64,000 nucleotides of DNA. Source: a virus (taxonomy: Duplodnaviria > Caudoviricetes). Below are positions 10,172 through 19,232 of the stretch, piece by piece. Position 1 is the first letter of the stretch. Each line of letters starts with the position of its first letter. The notes beneath the pieces were generated by a model, which was not told the DNA's origin, did not search any database, and saw only the letters and a program-made list of their open reading frames with translations. A program made the translations under genes and the position numbers. Location: IMG/VR virus record IMGVR_UViG_2974692648_000001, positions 96,001 through 160,000 of that record; one strand, 5' to 3'.

Positions 10172-11410
10172 ATGGCTAACACTAAGAAAGCTGTAAAAGT
10201 AGAAACTCCTGAAGTTCCAGCGGCGGCAGAAGCTCCGGTAGTAAAAGAAGAAACAAAAATGCACATCAGTGCCCTTAAAGGTGGTGTTGTGGATAAGAAG
10301 GGTAACGTCATCATGATTGACGAATCCGGCCCTTCAAAGAAATTATCCGACCTACTAATGAGTCGTGGCTCATACCGTTACAGCGACTTAAAACGCAAGT
10401 TAAATGGTACCTCACAAAGTCGTGGGTTCTTTGACCATGACTTACCTGAACCTAAGTTAGAAGAGGTTGATTTTTATCCGATTGAAATGGGTGACGGTCT
10501 TACCATCTGGATGGACAAATCTTCTAGTGTGAAATTTGAGATCGAACGTCATCGTCCGGCATTTCTAAGAGCCAATGAAGACCCTAAAGATACCAGACCG
10601 TGTACCTTGATCGTATACAACTCAGAGGTAGAATTAGATATTGTTTCTTATTCTGACATGTTTGATAACGGCACTTCCCTCCTATTTTCAGTTGAAGGTA
10701 AAGTGGATCATATCCGAAACTCCGTCCTAGTCGGACCTGACTCCCGTCGCGGAGCGGTGGAACTAAATGCGATTCTGGATTCTGAAGTTTACTTTAACGG
10801 GTTTAAGTTCGAAGCACATCGTGTCACCAAGTCTAACGTTGAAAACTCCTACGTTCGACTATCTGGTAGCATCGAAGATTCCTTTATCACGGATTCTCAT
10901 ATCAGTTCTGAGAAATACTCTCATATTTCCAACTCAACAATCAAAAATAGTCACCTGGTTTGTAAATCAATAAGAGTCGGACGCCTTACACCATCAGACG
11001 GTGGTTACTACATCCCACGATTACATATCACGGACTTCCATTTCTACCAGTCCGATGAAGGCATTGAGATCTTCCGTGGATTCGAATTTGACACCATCGG
11101 TTCTGGTTATATGTACAACACTCTGGCGTTTGTTCCTCTGGACCGCGTTAGTGATAAAGTTGAGTTCTTGTTGTTCGCACCTAAGAAAGAAGGTGAAGAC
11201 TACGCCACACCAACTACCCGTGTGACGTGGGATATGAATAAACAAGAACTTCGTAAACACGTCAGTGCGTTGTTGTTCCCTAAACAAAGCACTGAAGACG
11301 TTCTGGGTACCATCGGTACTATTGAAGGTTCGGTAATCAACGAAGCAGTATCGGTCCTATACAACCGCCTACGCATCATTAAACAAGTTCGCACAGCTTC
11401 TATGCTGTAA
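10172..11410 (+). CDS. Hypothetical protein with a beta-helix-like segment
   Basis: 412 aa; short-period repeats (VENSYV, IEDSFITDSHI, ISNSTIKNSHL); AAGGA RBS. Confidence 0.7.
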   Translation: MANTKKAVKVETPEVPAAAEAPVVKEETKMHISALKGGVVDKKGNVIMIDESGPSKKLSDLLMSRGSYRYSDLKRKLNGTSQSRGFFDHDLPEPKLEEVDFYPIEMGDGLTIWMDKSSSVKFEIERHRPAFLRANEDPKDTRPCTLIVYNSEVELDIVSYSDMFDNGTSLLFSVEGKVDHIRNSVLVGPDSRRGAVELNAILDSEVYFNGFKFEAHRVTKSNVENSYVRLSGSIEDSFITDSHISSEKYSHISNSTIKNSHLVCKSIRVGRLTPSDGGYYIPRLHITDFHFYQSDEGIEIFRGFEFDTIGSGYMYNTLAFVPLDRVSDKVEFLLFAPKKEGEDYATPTTRVTWDMNKQELRKHVSALLFPKQSTEDVLGTIGTIEGSVINEAVSVLYNRLRIIKQVRTASML

Positions 11411-11467
11411 GTCGTAATTAGTCCTCAGAGAGCCTTACCGGGCCTCTGAGGGTTATTAGGAGTCCCT

Positions 11468-11950
11468 ATGGATAATTTACCAACTACTGAAGTTCCCATC
11501 ACCATCAATGGGGTGGAAGAAACCGTAACGGTCACCATTAGCAATAAACCTTTATTGGTCCCTATGGCGGTTAATGCAGTAATGAATGATGACCCGTTCA
11601 TCAAATTAGCAATAAACGAGTGGGTAGCTAGCTTTCCTGAAGATGGTGTTATTTACACCTATGTGAGCGATGACGAGCTGATTACGATTGAGTTCCAACC
11701 AGAGTGTCACCTGGACATAGAAGTCACTCCTGGACAGCATGTGGCGTTCTGGACATTCAACAGTTCTTGGCAAGGCCGATTGCGTGTCGAAGGTGTGTGC
11801 GGTATGTTCAACTCCCATATCCCGGCGGCAGGTGTTGTAATGAAAGATTCGTTCTTGTTTAACCAGTACGCACTTAGTCCCGGTATTACGTTGTACAACA
11901 CCACACTCATTAAGTTAGAAGGTAACACTCGTAACGTACATATTACTTAA
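11468..11950 (+). CDS. Hypothetical protein
   Basis: 160-aa ORF with an AGGAG RBS. Confidence 0.7.
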   Translation: MDNLPTTEVPITINGVEETVTVTISNKPLLVPMAVNAVMNDDPFIKLAINEWVASFPEDGVIYTYVSDDELITIEFQPECHLDIEVTPGQHVAFWTFNSSWQGRLRVEGVCGMFNSHIPAAGVVMKDSFLFNQYALSPGITLYNTTLIKLEGNTRNVHIT

Positions 11951-11955
11951 AAGGC

Positions 11956-11984
11956 ATCCCTCTTCCTTTATCGGGAAGAGGGAT
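11956..11984. terminator. Hairpin terminator (pyrimidine-first stem)
   Basis: ATCCCTCTTCC-N7-GGAAGAGGGAT followed by an AT-rich tract. Confidence 0.65.
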
Positions 11985-12160
11985 TATTAATTATTTTTTA
12001 ACTACTATCCCCATCTTTTTGGGGAGGGGGAGAAAGAAAAAAGAAAAAACGTTGTCTATTTATTATTTTTAATATATTTATATACTTAATATAACAGCAA
12101 ATGTATTAAGTTCCTTTAATCTATACACCAGCAAATAATTAACCTTTACTAAGGAATAAC

Positions 12161-13129
12161 ATGGAACAAGCAAACAACAAAACCCTAGATCATCTTTCCA
12201 ATAAAGAAAAAGAATTATGGGAAAGGATTAACCAAGAGGTCCAGGGTAAAGCACACAGAGTCACTTTAAAACACTTATCTCAACTTTTCGGCATAGATAA
12301 GTCCATCATCTCTAAATTGATTGTTAAAGCGACAGACATGGGCTCTGTCCAATGGTTTGTGATCCAAAGAGAAAAAGCAGTACTCGACTTACTCAGAGAC
12401 CCCAACTTTGATCTGAATCAGTTGCATGTGAAGATGGGTTATGGGGACCCACGCAACCTTTGTGTTTATTTCCGTGAGAAATTCAAGTTCACCGTTTCCG
12501 AGATAACATACTTGCGCTCACTTGGTCTTTCTAAGGATTACCTAGAAAGCGAATTTGATAATGTTGATGAGTACTTAGCGTTTGAGATGATACGAATGAT
12601 ACAACGTGCTAAGGGAAAGATCAAAGTTAAAGAAGACCTACTAAATTTCTTTAGGTGCAGTCACACTTGGTTTTATCGAATTTGGAATAGTTACAACGGA
12701 CCAGAAAGTCCTTCTGAATTTATCTCCTTTACCCGAATTTCATGCATTAGAAAAGATTTCTTAAAAAGTAAGATGACTCCCAAGGAGTACTTCTTAAAGA
12801 ACGATCTTCCTTCTCATAACGTGGACTATATTCATAAAGTCCATTACGGAGTCACTTTCCGTTCTTGGGCAGGCAAGCAAGTTAAAGGGATCCCTAGACG
12901 CCGTAATAAAGGTTACGATGAACTTCTAGGTGAAGAGTGGTTGGAAGTTATAAAGCAACACATTACCGACTGGGAGATACGTATCGAAACGATAGCCAAA
13001 GAGATCAATTTACCTCCGCAAGCTATACGCAGCATTATCACTTATTATCGTAAACAAACTTATTTGGAATTCAAATATGATGTACTTGGTTCCAAACAAT
13101 CAAACTTAACTGTCGGGTCGTATGTATGA
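12161..13129 (+). CDS. Protein with tandem AraC/XylS-like HTH domains
   Basis: VTLKHLSQLFGIDKSIISKL...REKAVLDLLRDPNFDLNQLHVKMGYGDPRNLCVYFREKF follows the AraC double-HTH pattern; a second and a partial third copy follow. Confidence 0.7.
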   Translation: MEQANNKTLDHLSNKEKELWERINQEVQGKAHRVTLKHLSQLFGIDKSIISKLIVKATDMGSVQWFVIQREKAVLDLLRDPNFDLNQLHVKMGYGDPRNLCVYFREKFKFTVSEITYLRSLGLSKDYLESEFDNVDEYLAFEMIRMIQRAKGKIKVKEDLLNFFRCSHTWFYRIWNSYNGPESPSEFISFTRISCIRKDFLKSKMTPKEYFLKNDLPSHNVDYIHKVHYGVTFRSWAGKQVKGIPRRRNKGYDELLGEEWLEVIKQHITDWEIRIETIAKEINLPPQAIRSIITYYRKQTYLEFKYDVLGSKQSNLTVGSYV

Positions 13130-13153
13130 CGATAATTCAAAAGGAAACTTATC

Positions 13154-13678
13154 ATGCTTATTATCAACACCGATGGCTCCTGTGTGGGGGAATCCGGTGC
13201 CGGCCCTGCTGGGTACGGAATAGTAATACGTGAGGGAGAAGTAACCATAGAGTTGAGTGCGGGGTATCGACGCTCCACTAACAACCGTATGGAAATGCTT
13301 GCTACGATTGTGGCTCTGGAAGGTTTACCAAATAGGAGAAAAGTTAGCGTAACAACTGATTCTCAATATGTTAAACAAGGAATCGAACAATGGATTCATG
13401 GTTGGCGTAGACGAGGATGGAAACGTGCGGACGGTGGTCCTGTTAAAAACGTGGACCTTTGGAAACGACTTTATGACATGACTCGTTATCATGACGTGAC
13501 GTGGAATTGGGTTAAAGGTCACTCTGGGGATCCAGATAACGAACGTTGTGATACGTTAGCTCAAGAAGCAGCGCGTAACAATGCCACATTGGAAGATGAA
13601 GGGTATTTCACCTACAACGAGAACCTCCCTAAATTCACACCAGATAAATCCAGACAATGGTGGAGACACAAGCGATGA
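13154..13678 (+). CDS. rnhA: Ribonuclease HI
   Basis: TDGSC, TNNRMEM, TDSQYV, WVKGHSG, NERCD: complete D-E-D-H-D catalytic set. Confidence 0.96.
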   Translation: MLIINTDGSCVGESGAGPAGYGIVIREGEVTIELSAGYRRSTNNRMEMLATIVALEGLPNRRKVSVTTDSQYVKQGIEQWIHGWRRRGWKRADGGPVKNVDLWKRLYDMTRYHDVTWNWVKGHSGDPDNERCDTLAQEAARNNATLEDEGYFTYNENLPKFTPDKSRQWWRHKR

Positions 13679-13995
13679 TCGACATGACCGAATCCAAAGA
13701 GATTCTGAAAAAGATTAAGGAAGCCTCAGAAAAAACATACAAAGACATGACGCCTTTGGAGGTGAGTGAATTTAATACTAACATTTCACAAAACCCTTTG
13801 GTCAACAGCATTGTACGTCACAACCTCATGACGAGACCCAACTATTCGCCGTACTGTGGTGGGATAGACGAGTGTGACCAAATGCCGAGAACTAACTACG
13901 TGAACGGACAGTTCGAATGCCCGACGTGTGGTTGGCGTAGTAGCTTCCCAGAACCTTTCATGAAGATCTATCGAACCCATTGGGGGCTCGACTAA
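13675..13995 (+). CDS. Hypothetical zinc-ribbon protein
   Basis: YCGG...C...FECPTCG; ATGA overlap with the rnhA stop. Confidence 0.7.
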   Translation: MIDMTESKEILKKIKEASEKTYKDMTPLEVSEFNTNISQNPLVNSIVRHNLMTRPNYSPYCGGIDECDQMPRTNYVNGQFECPTCGWRSSFPEPFMKIYRTHWGLD

Positions 13996-13999
13996 CAGT

Positions 14000-14020
14000 A
14001 GGAGCTTCGGCTCCTCTTTT
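14000..14020 (+). terminator. Rho-independent terminator
   Basis: AGGAGC-TTCG-GCTCCT (UUCG tetraloop) followed by CTTTT. Confidence 0.75.
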
Positions 14021-14056
14021 ATTTGCTTATTGAATATTTAACCGAGAGTTATAACC

Positions 14057-14527
14057 ATGACTAAAGAAGTAAGAAAGGAAAAAGGTTACGTTAGTGTTGA
14101 TTTAGCTTACCACCAATGTGGGGTTATCCGTGACATGTTGGTCAGTCAGAACATCACACCTATTGACCAAGGGAAGTTTCATTGTACTATCGCATTTGAT
14201 AAGGATTTGATTGACAATGCCTTAGAGCCTAAACTTGATCCAAGTAAAGTTTTTGAAGCGAAAGTGATTGGTGTGGAACTTATGGGGAAAGTGAAGGAAG
14301 GTTTGCAAAGTGCGGTAGCACTTACCTTAGAATCCAGCGATTTGACCGAAGAGCATTATAACTGGATGTCTCTGGGTTATGAGCACAACTGGCCCGACTA
14401 CATCCCGCACATGAGTGTGGCTTACGATGTCCCGGTAGAAGAAGCAGAGCGTTTAGTGGATATCCTGCAACCTTTTGTGGGTCAAACTTTCTACTTTAAC
14501 AATCTAACCGAAGAACCAATCAAGTAA
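14057..14527 (+). CDS. acb1: 2H phosphoesterase, Acb1 (T4 gp57B)-like anti-CBASS nuclease
   Basis: Two HxT/S motifs (KFHCTI, YIPHMSVAY), plus N-terminal GYV, LG.EH.WPDY.PH and C-terminal EEPIK, all matching the T4 Acb1 pattern as I recall it. Confidence 0.75.
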   Translation: MTKEVRKEKGYVSVDLAYHQCGVIRDMLVSQNITPIDQGKFHCTIAFDKDLIDNALEPKLDPSKVFEAKVIGVELMGKVKEGLQSAVALTLESSDLTEEHYNWMSLGYEHNWPDYIPHMSVAYDVPVEEAERLVDILQPFVGQTFYFNNLTEEPIK

Positions 14528-14548
14528 AAGTGGGAACAGAACAAAATC

Positions 14549-15196
14549 ATGAGTAAGAAAAACAAAGGCACACGCAGAGGTGTCCAAATTAAAGGTCGCC
14601 AGCAACGTCTGACCAAGCTAAACCAATACACTATCGCTAATACGGTAAAAGAGATCAGCGATCATTTCTATTTCTTTGGTAGTCATGCTCATCAGCTCAG
14701 TACTATGGACTGGGCTCCTAAGCTATTGAAGTTAAAACAATCCAAAGATCGTCAAGTTGCAATAAAGGCGCTGATCACGTTGTTGAGTGAACCTTCTCCT
14801 TGGCAACTGTTTTTATTCGTCGGTGTGGATACCGGAGAAACTGTAGAAGTATTTTCTTACTTACAAGAATTCAAGAATGAGACACATGTTAAAATAGCTA
14901 CTCCTTGTGGTGAATTCATTACCGAGTGTTTAAATGGAGTTAAGCGCAATATTCTTAACGAAAAAGAATACAAAGGTACACAGTTAAAGTCAACTCACAA
15001 GGTATGCGGGTTTGGGTATTATCTGTTTAACTCCGATGAATATAACCTCGACGCAGCGGAAGACTCCATAGCAGACTCGCTGTACGAGACAGGTGTCTTC
15101 GATCATCCGTTTGATGAGAACGATTACGTCACCATCAAACCATCTCATTTCACTGAGCTGTTCACAAGACAAGAACTCAAAACTATTAAGGGTTAA
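14549..15196 (+). CDS. Hypothetical protein with a basic N-terminus
   Basis: 215-aa ORF in an operon. Confidence 0.7.
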   Translation: MSKKNKGTRRGVQIKGRQQRLTKLNQYTIANTVKEISDHFYFFGSHAHQLSTMDWAPKLLKLKQSKDRQVAIKALITLLSEPSPWQLFLFVGVDTGETVEVFSYLQEFKNETHVKIATPCGEFITECLNGVKRNILNEKEYKGTQLKSTHKVCGFGYYLFNSDEYNLDAAEDSIADSLYETGVFDHPFDENDYVTIKPSHFTELFTRQELKTIKG

Positions 15197-15198
15197 TT

Positions 15199-16356
15199 AT
15201 GAAACATTTTATCGACGCACTAGAACAAGTGGTAATTGCAGGCAATGAAAGCAATGGAGATCATTATGCGTTGCATTGGCATCATAAGTTCGATATTAAC
15301 AAAGAAGGTTACTTACCACAGTGGTCAGCAATCGCCAAGACTCCTGGGGTGGACGTTGCCATTAAAGAACTGGAGTGGGTGTTGAGTCAAGATAGCTCAT
15401 TGGACATTTTACATGACGCTGGCTTGAACCACCGTGATTACATGGCTGTGGAAGAAGATGTCATGTATCTCCGTAATTATACTTTCGATGAGCGTGTGGA
15501 AAAAGCCAAACAACGTTTCTTTGAAGCTGGTGTGATTTTGGAGGACACCGATGCACTCAAGTCAGCTTTCCTAGATAACGGTATGATGGATAAACATCTT
15601 ACTTTGGGTGGATGTATGGCTGCGATGGGACTACCTGAAGCAGCAGAAGAAGTGGTGGTCAAGAAAGGTGAGATCGGATTAAGTCAAGGTAAGGCATTCC
15701 AGACACCAACCAGTACCGGTGTAATTTTGTTCCACGCACCTGAGTTACTTCCAGAACCAACACACTCCATAGCAGAGGCCGCTGGAGAAGGTCGCTACAT
15801 TAATACACCTAAACAAATCCAGATGAGCTTCTTGCAAAATGAAATCCCGGTAGATCGTCGCATTGAGATCATGCATTCTCGCGGGGAGAATCAAGCAACA
15901 AAACTCATCACTGGTATCGTTAATGACCTGCCTTACAAAGATTTGGTGGAGTTGGGTCTGGATATGAGCGAAGAAGATTACGACTTGGTAGACCGTGGTA
16001 ATGTCATCACCGACATGTTAACCACGATACACGTTCCGCGCTTTGAACTCCATACCCGTTTGATGTTATCAACACTATCTCCCCTAAAAGAGTATTCAAC
16101 CGAAGTACTGCCTTACATGCTTTATGCGGAACAGGTAGCACTTAAAACTAACATGATCAACACGTCCTTTACGTTGGATGTCGATTACTTGTTGTTGGAT
16201 AAAGAAACTCTGGGTATGCTGATTAAAATCAAAGAGTCCGAGTTAGACTACACTAAAGTAGGTAAAGTGCAACTACAGCGTCCCGGCAACCTAAGTATTG
16301 TCGACGTCCCTTTGACTAAAGAAGAAGTCAAGACCTTCGATTACATCGGTCTCTAA
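15199..16356 (+). CDS. Degenerate thymidylate synthase (ThyA-fold) protein, likely inactive
   Basis: MKHFIDALEQVVIAG, KFDI..G..P, IKELEWVLSQDS, GEIGLSQGKAF are collinear with ThyA; PCH, RSxD and HxY motifs are absent. Confidence 0.7.
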   Translation: MKHFIDALEQVVIAGNESNGDHYALHWHHKFDINKEGYLPQWSAIAKTPGVDVAIKELEWVLSQDSSLDILHDAGLNHRDYMAVEEDVMYLRNYTFDERVEKAKQRFFEAGVILEDTDALKSAFLDNGMMDKHLTLGGCMAAMGLPEAAEEVVVKKGEIGLSQGKAFQTPTSTGVILFHAPELLPEPTHSIAEAAGEGRYINTPKQIQMSFLQNEIPVDRRIEIMHSRGENQATKLITGIVNDLPYKDLVELGLDMSEEDYDLVDRGNVITDMLTTIHVPRFELHTRLMLSTLSPLKEYSTEVLPYMLYAEQVALKTNMINTSFTLDVDYLLLDKETLGMLIKIKESELDYTKVGKVQLQRPGNLSIVDVPLTKEEVKTFDYIGL

Positions 16357-16368
16357 AAGAATACAACT

Positions 16369-16386
16369 CTATATTACTTGAGTGTA
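16369..16386 (+). promoter_or_regulatory. Putative phage early promoter
   Basis: CTATATTACTTGAGTGTA, upstream of the chaperonin. Confidence 0.75.
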
Positions 16387-16427
16387 CTAACCACCTATTA
16401 ATAAAACCTTTCATGAGGAATTAAAAC

Positions 16428-17987
16428 ATGTTATACCAAGCTTCTGAAACTACCACTATCAAAGATGAAGTTGTTAGAAAAGTTACCGGAACCGTTATCT
16501 CCACGATGGGTCCCGATGGTAAATTTGTGTTATGTGACAAAAGCGGTATCCCACATCCCACTAAAGATGGTGTGACCGCAGCGAAAGCCATGCGCTTCGA
16601 TGAACCACCAAAGGACTTGATCGCGTCGATGATCGCCGAGTGCTGTCTGCGCACCGACAAGATTTGTGGTGACGGAACCACCACTACTGCTTTCTTATTG
16701 CGTGAGATTTACAATCGCTTCAAGTTTAAATGTGATTTCCGTAATAAGAAGTTGATCAATAAGTACTCTCAAGAAATCGTAGGCATTTTAAAACAATTGT
16801 CTGTCCAAGTTAACATCGATTCAGATTTACTGCGTCAAGTTATGATGACTACCAGTAATAACGACGAACGTATCGTTGACAAAGTTCTAGAGATCTACGC
16901 CGAGCATCCACACTTGCCGGATTTAGATTTACGTGAAGCAAATGACGACAAGGACCAAATTCAATCCAACACGGGTTGTAGTTGGCCGGGTGGTTTTGGG
17001 TCTCCTGAGTTCTCTAACCTAGGTACTGGTGCGCCAGAACACTTTGACCAAAAAGACCAATATCGACCAATCTTACTTTCAGGTGAATTGAACGGGTTGG
17101 CTGATAAAGCAAGTTTGGATAAGTTTATTGGTTACACCAAAGAGTATGTTGCAGCTGGCGGTACGTACTTAATCTTTTGTCGTAGCACCGAGGGTGTGAG
17201 CGAAAATGCCATTAAAGCGATGAACTCACATGTAGGTCGTATCGCGTACAAAGTGGTGACTATCCGTGCAGCTGGTTCTTCTGGTGTTTCACTAATGAAT
17301 GACATTGCAACAGTCATGGGTGCTAAGATGTACACTGAGTTGGTAGCTGACCATCCTGAGTACCGTGTGGCTAAAGAGTACCCTATTGTCCATATCTCCA
17401 GTGCGGCGGTTACGATTGTAGGGTTTTCTGAAGAACATGACAAACAACTGGATGCGGCGATCAAAGAGGTGAACCGTACCTTAGCTGATCTAAACGTGGA
17501 TCAACGTCATTCAGCATTAGGTCGCATCGTTGAATCTCGCTTGCGTATTTTATCTGGCGGTTCCGTAACACTTTATGTGGGTGGTTTGACTGAGTCTGAC
17601 ATTCGTGAACGTAAAGACCGTTTTGAAGACGTTGGTCGCGTTTGTAAATCTGCGCTCCGTAATGGTGTATTGCAAGGTTGTGGTTACTCATTGGTAATGG
17701 CATCTAAAATCTTAGAAGCTAAATACCCTAAGTGTGACATCGCTCAAGACTTTGTTTCTATTCTGAAGCAGCAAACACAATATCTGATGAAAACAGATTA
17801 CGTGGATGGTATGACTTTCGTTAACCTAGCAACAGGGGAAGAAGGTAAAGAGCCAGGTGAGATCGGTATCTGGGATGCGGCGTTAGCGACGATCACTGCA
17901 TTAGAAGCAGCGGTTTCTATGGCTATTATGTTGATCGACACTGACTCTATGATTCTTAACTCACGCCTTAGTGAACTTCGTTTCTAA
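16428..17987 (+). CDS. groEL: Phage chaperonin (GroEL-like, EL gp146 type)
   Basis: TMGPDG, TKDGVT, GDGTTT, YVGG.TE...ERKDRFED, IWD; no GGM tail and no adjacent groES. Confidence 0.92.
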   Translation: MLYQASETTTIKDEVVRKVTGTVISTMGPDGKFVLCDKSGIPHPTKDGVTAAKAMRFDEPPKDLIASMIAECCLRTDKICGDGTTTTAFLLREIYNRFKFKCDFRNKKLINKYSQEIVGILKQLSVQVNIDSDLLRQVMMTTSNNDERIVDKVLEIYAEHPHLPDLDLREANDDKDQIQSNTGCSWPGGFGSPEFSNLGTGAPEHFDQKDQYRPILLSGELNGLADKASLDKFIGYTKEYVAAGGTYLIFCRSTEGVSENAIKAMNSHVGRIAYKVVTIRAAGSSGVSLMNDIATVMGAKMYTELVADHPEYRVAKEYPIVHISSAAVTIVGFSEEHDKQLDAAIKEVNRTLADLNVDQRHSALGRIVESRLRILSGGSVTLYVGGLTESDIRERKDRFEDVGRVCKSALRNGVLQGCGYSLVMASKILEAKYPKCDIAQDFVSILKQQTQYLMKTDYVDGMTFVNLATGEEGKEPGEIGIWDAALATITALEAAVSMAIMLIDTDSMILNSRLSELRF

Positions 17988-17996
17988 ATAAAAAGA

Positions 17997-18024
17997 TATG
18001 TGGACTCCTACGGGGGTCCACATA
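17997..18024 (+). terminator. Stem-loop after the chaperonin gene
   Basis: TATGTGGACTCC-TACG-GGGGTCCACATA (UNCG-type loop). Confidence 0.6.
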
Positions 18025-18054
18025 CTTTAGATCATTATTTTTTTAAGGTAATCT

Positions 18055-18429
18055 ATGTTAAAGAAACTTTACTTATGGTTACGTGAAAAGGTGGCGGGTG
18101 AGGAACTAAGAGAATTAGCTGAGTTGAAGAAAAGACTTGGTGAGGCACGTTCCTATATGCGGGAAGACCCAAGAGTGGTCGACACGGTTGATTGGATAAG
18201 TGGTAAGAACAAATCCGACATCCGAGGCTTCCGTGACCACTATCGTTTTAAATACACCGCCATAGCTCGTTCGTTACCTAATTTAAAATACTCCCGGGAA
18301 GAACTGATCAAGTCTCAACCCAAGTATTACCGAACACGCGATACCTCTGAATTAACTTCCGGGTCACCTAGCCTGACTATCAACGATGAACTCGGTTCAT
18401 CCAATGTCGTCCCGTTCCCAAGGGATTGA
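18055..18429 (+). CDS. Hypothetical protein, paralog of the next gene
   Basis: First ~65 aa align with 18458..18937. Confidence 0.7.
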   Translation: MLKKLYLWLREKVAGEELRELAELKKRLGEARSYMREDPRVVDTVDWISGKNKSDIRGFRDHYRFKYTAIARSLPNLKYSREELIKSQPKYYRTRDTSELTSGSPSLTINDELGSSNVVPFPRD

Positions 18430-18457
18430 GTTATAAATAAAAAAGAAAGGAATAAAC

Positions 18458-18937
18458 ATGAACTGGTTTAAACGTTTTATTAAACTTAAAGTAGCGAAAA
18501 AAGAAATCCAACGTTTATGGGTTTTGGAACAACGTATCCGAGATATGGAAGCTTGGCTATCTACGGAACCTAAGTTAGTGCGTGCCGCTGAGTGGTTAAA
18601 GGAAAAAGATAACCCGAAATCGATCTCAGACTTCCGAACTCAGTTTGAAGCAGAGTTTGGTAGCAATCGCACGGTACAACATAGACAACAAGCAAACTCC
18701 CCTAAGCGTAGTACGCCAAGCCAAACGCTAAGAAACAACCCATCCCGTACAAGACACGACCAAGACCACCTCGGAACCGTAGTAACTCAGCACCAACATC
18801 ATCACTACCACGATGAGAGTACTTGCCACTCCAATACTCGAAGTGAGTGTGATCGTTCACCTGAACCAACTCCTGTTCGTGATGAACCATCTGGGTCTTG
18901 TAACAACCAATCAAGTATGGACACGTCTTATGATTAA
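18458..18937 (+). CDS. Hypothetical protein with a low-complexity His/Ser tail
   Basis: AAGGA RBS; N-terminus similar to the previous gene. Confidence 0.7.
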   Translation: MNWFKRFIKLKVAKKEIQRLWVLEQRIRDMEAWLSTEPKLVRAAEWLKEKDNPKSISDFRTQFEAEFGSNRTVQHRQQANSPKRSTPSQTLRNNPSRTRHDQDHLGTVVTQHQHHHYHDESTCHSNTRSECDRSPEPTPVRDEPSGSCNNQSSMDTSYD

Positions 18938-19232
18938 CATGGAAATGGTTTTTAATAGGTTAGGGTTAAAGGGTGCTTATGATGTACTCAATAACGATCG
19001 TGACTTATTCCGAATAGTAATAATCATTACCGTTGGTAATGTCTTTCATGTTTGTGGACTTCCTTCAGTGAAAGGAGGTTTGGCAATAGGAATACTGTAC
19101 GGCTTGGCAGTTGCTTCTTTTGTGACTCGACCTTACGAACCAGATAGCAATTGGTTTACCATGGGAAGAATCATCGGGTCCTTTATAGCAGGTCTAGGTA
19201 TTTGGCATTTCTTGGATTGGGTGTTATATTGA
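18930..19232 (+). CDS. Small membrane protein (about 3 TM segments)
   Basis: Hydrophobic helices; start more likely 18930 or 18939 than the track's 18813. Confidence 0.6.
   Translation: MINMEMVFNRLGLKGAYDVLNNDRDLFRIVIIITVGNVFHVCGLPSVKGGLAIGILYGLAVASFVTRPYEPDSNWFTMGRIIGSFIAGLGIWHFLDWVLY

Noticed and set aside
15199-16356. Active dCMP/dUMP hydroxymethylase implying modified DNA
   Set aside because: Those ThyA-family enzymes also need the catalytic Cys, which is absent, and no other base-modification genes are nearby
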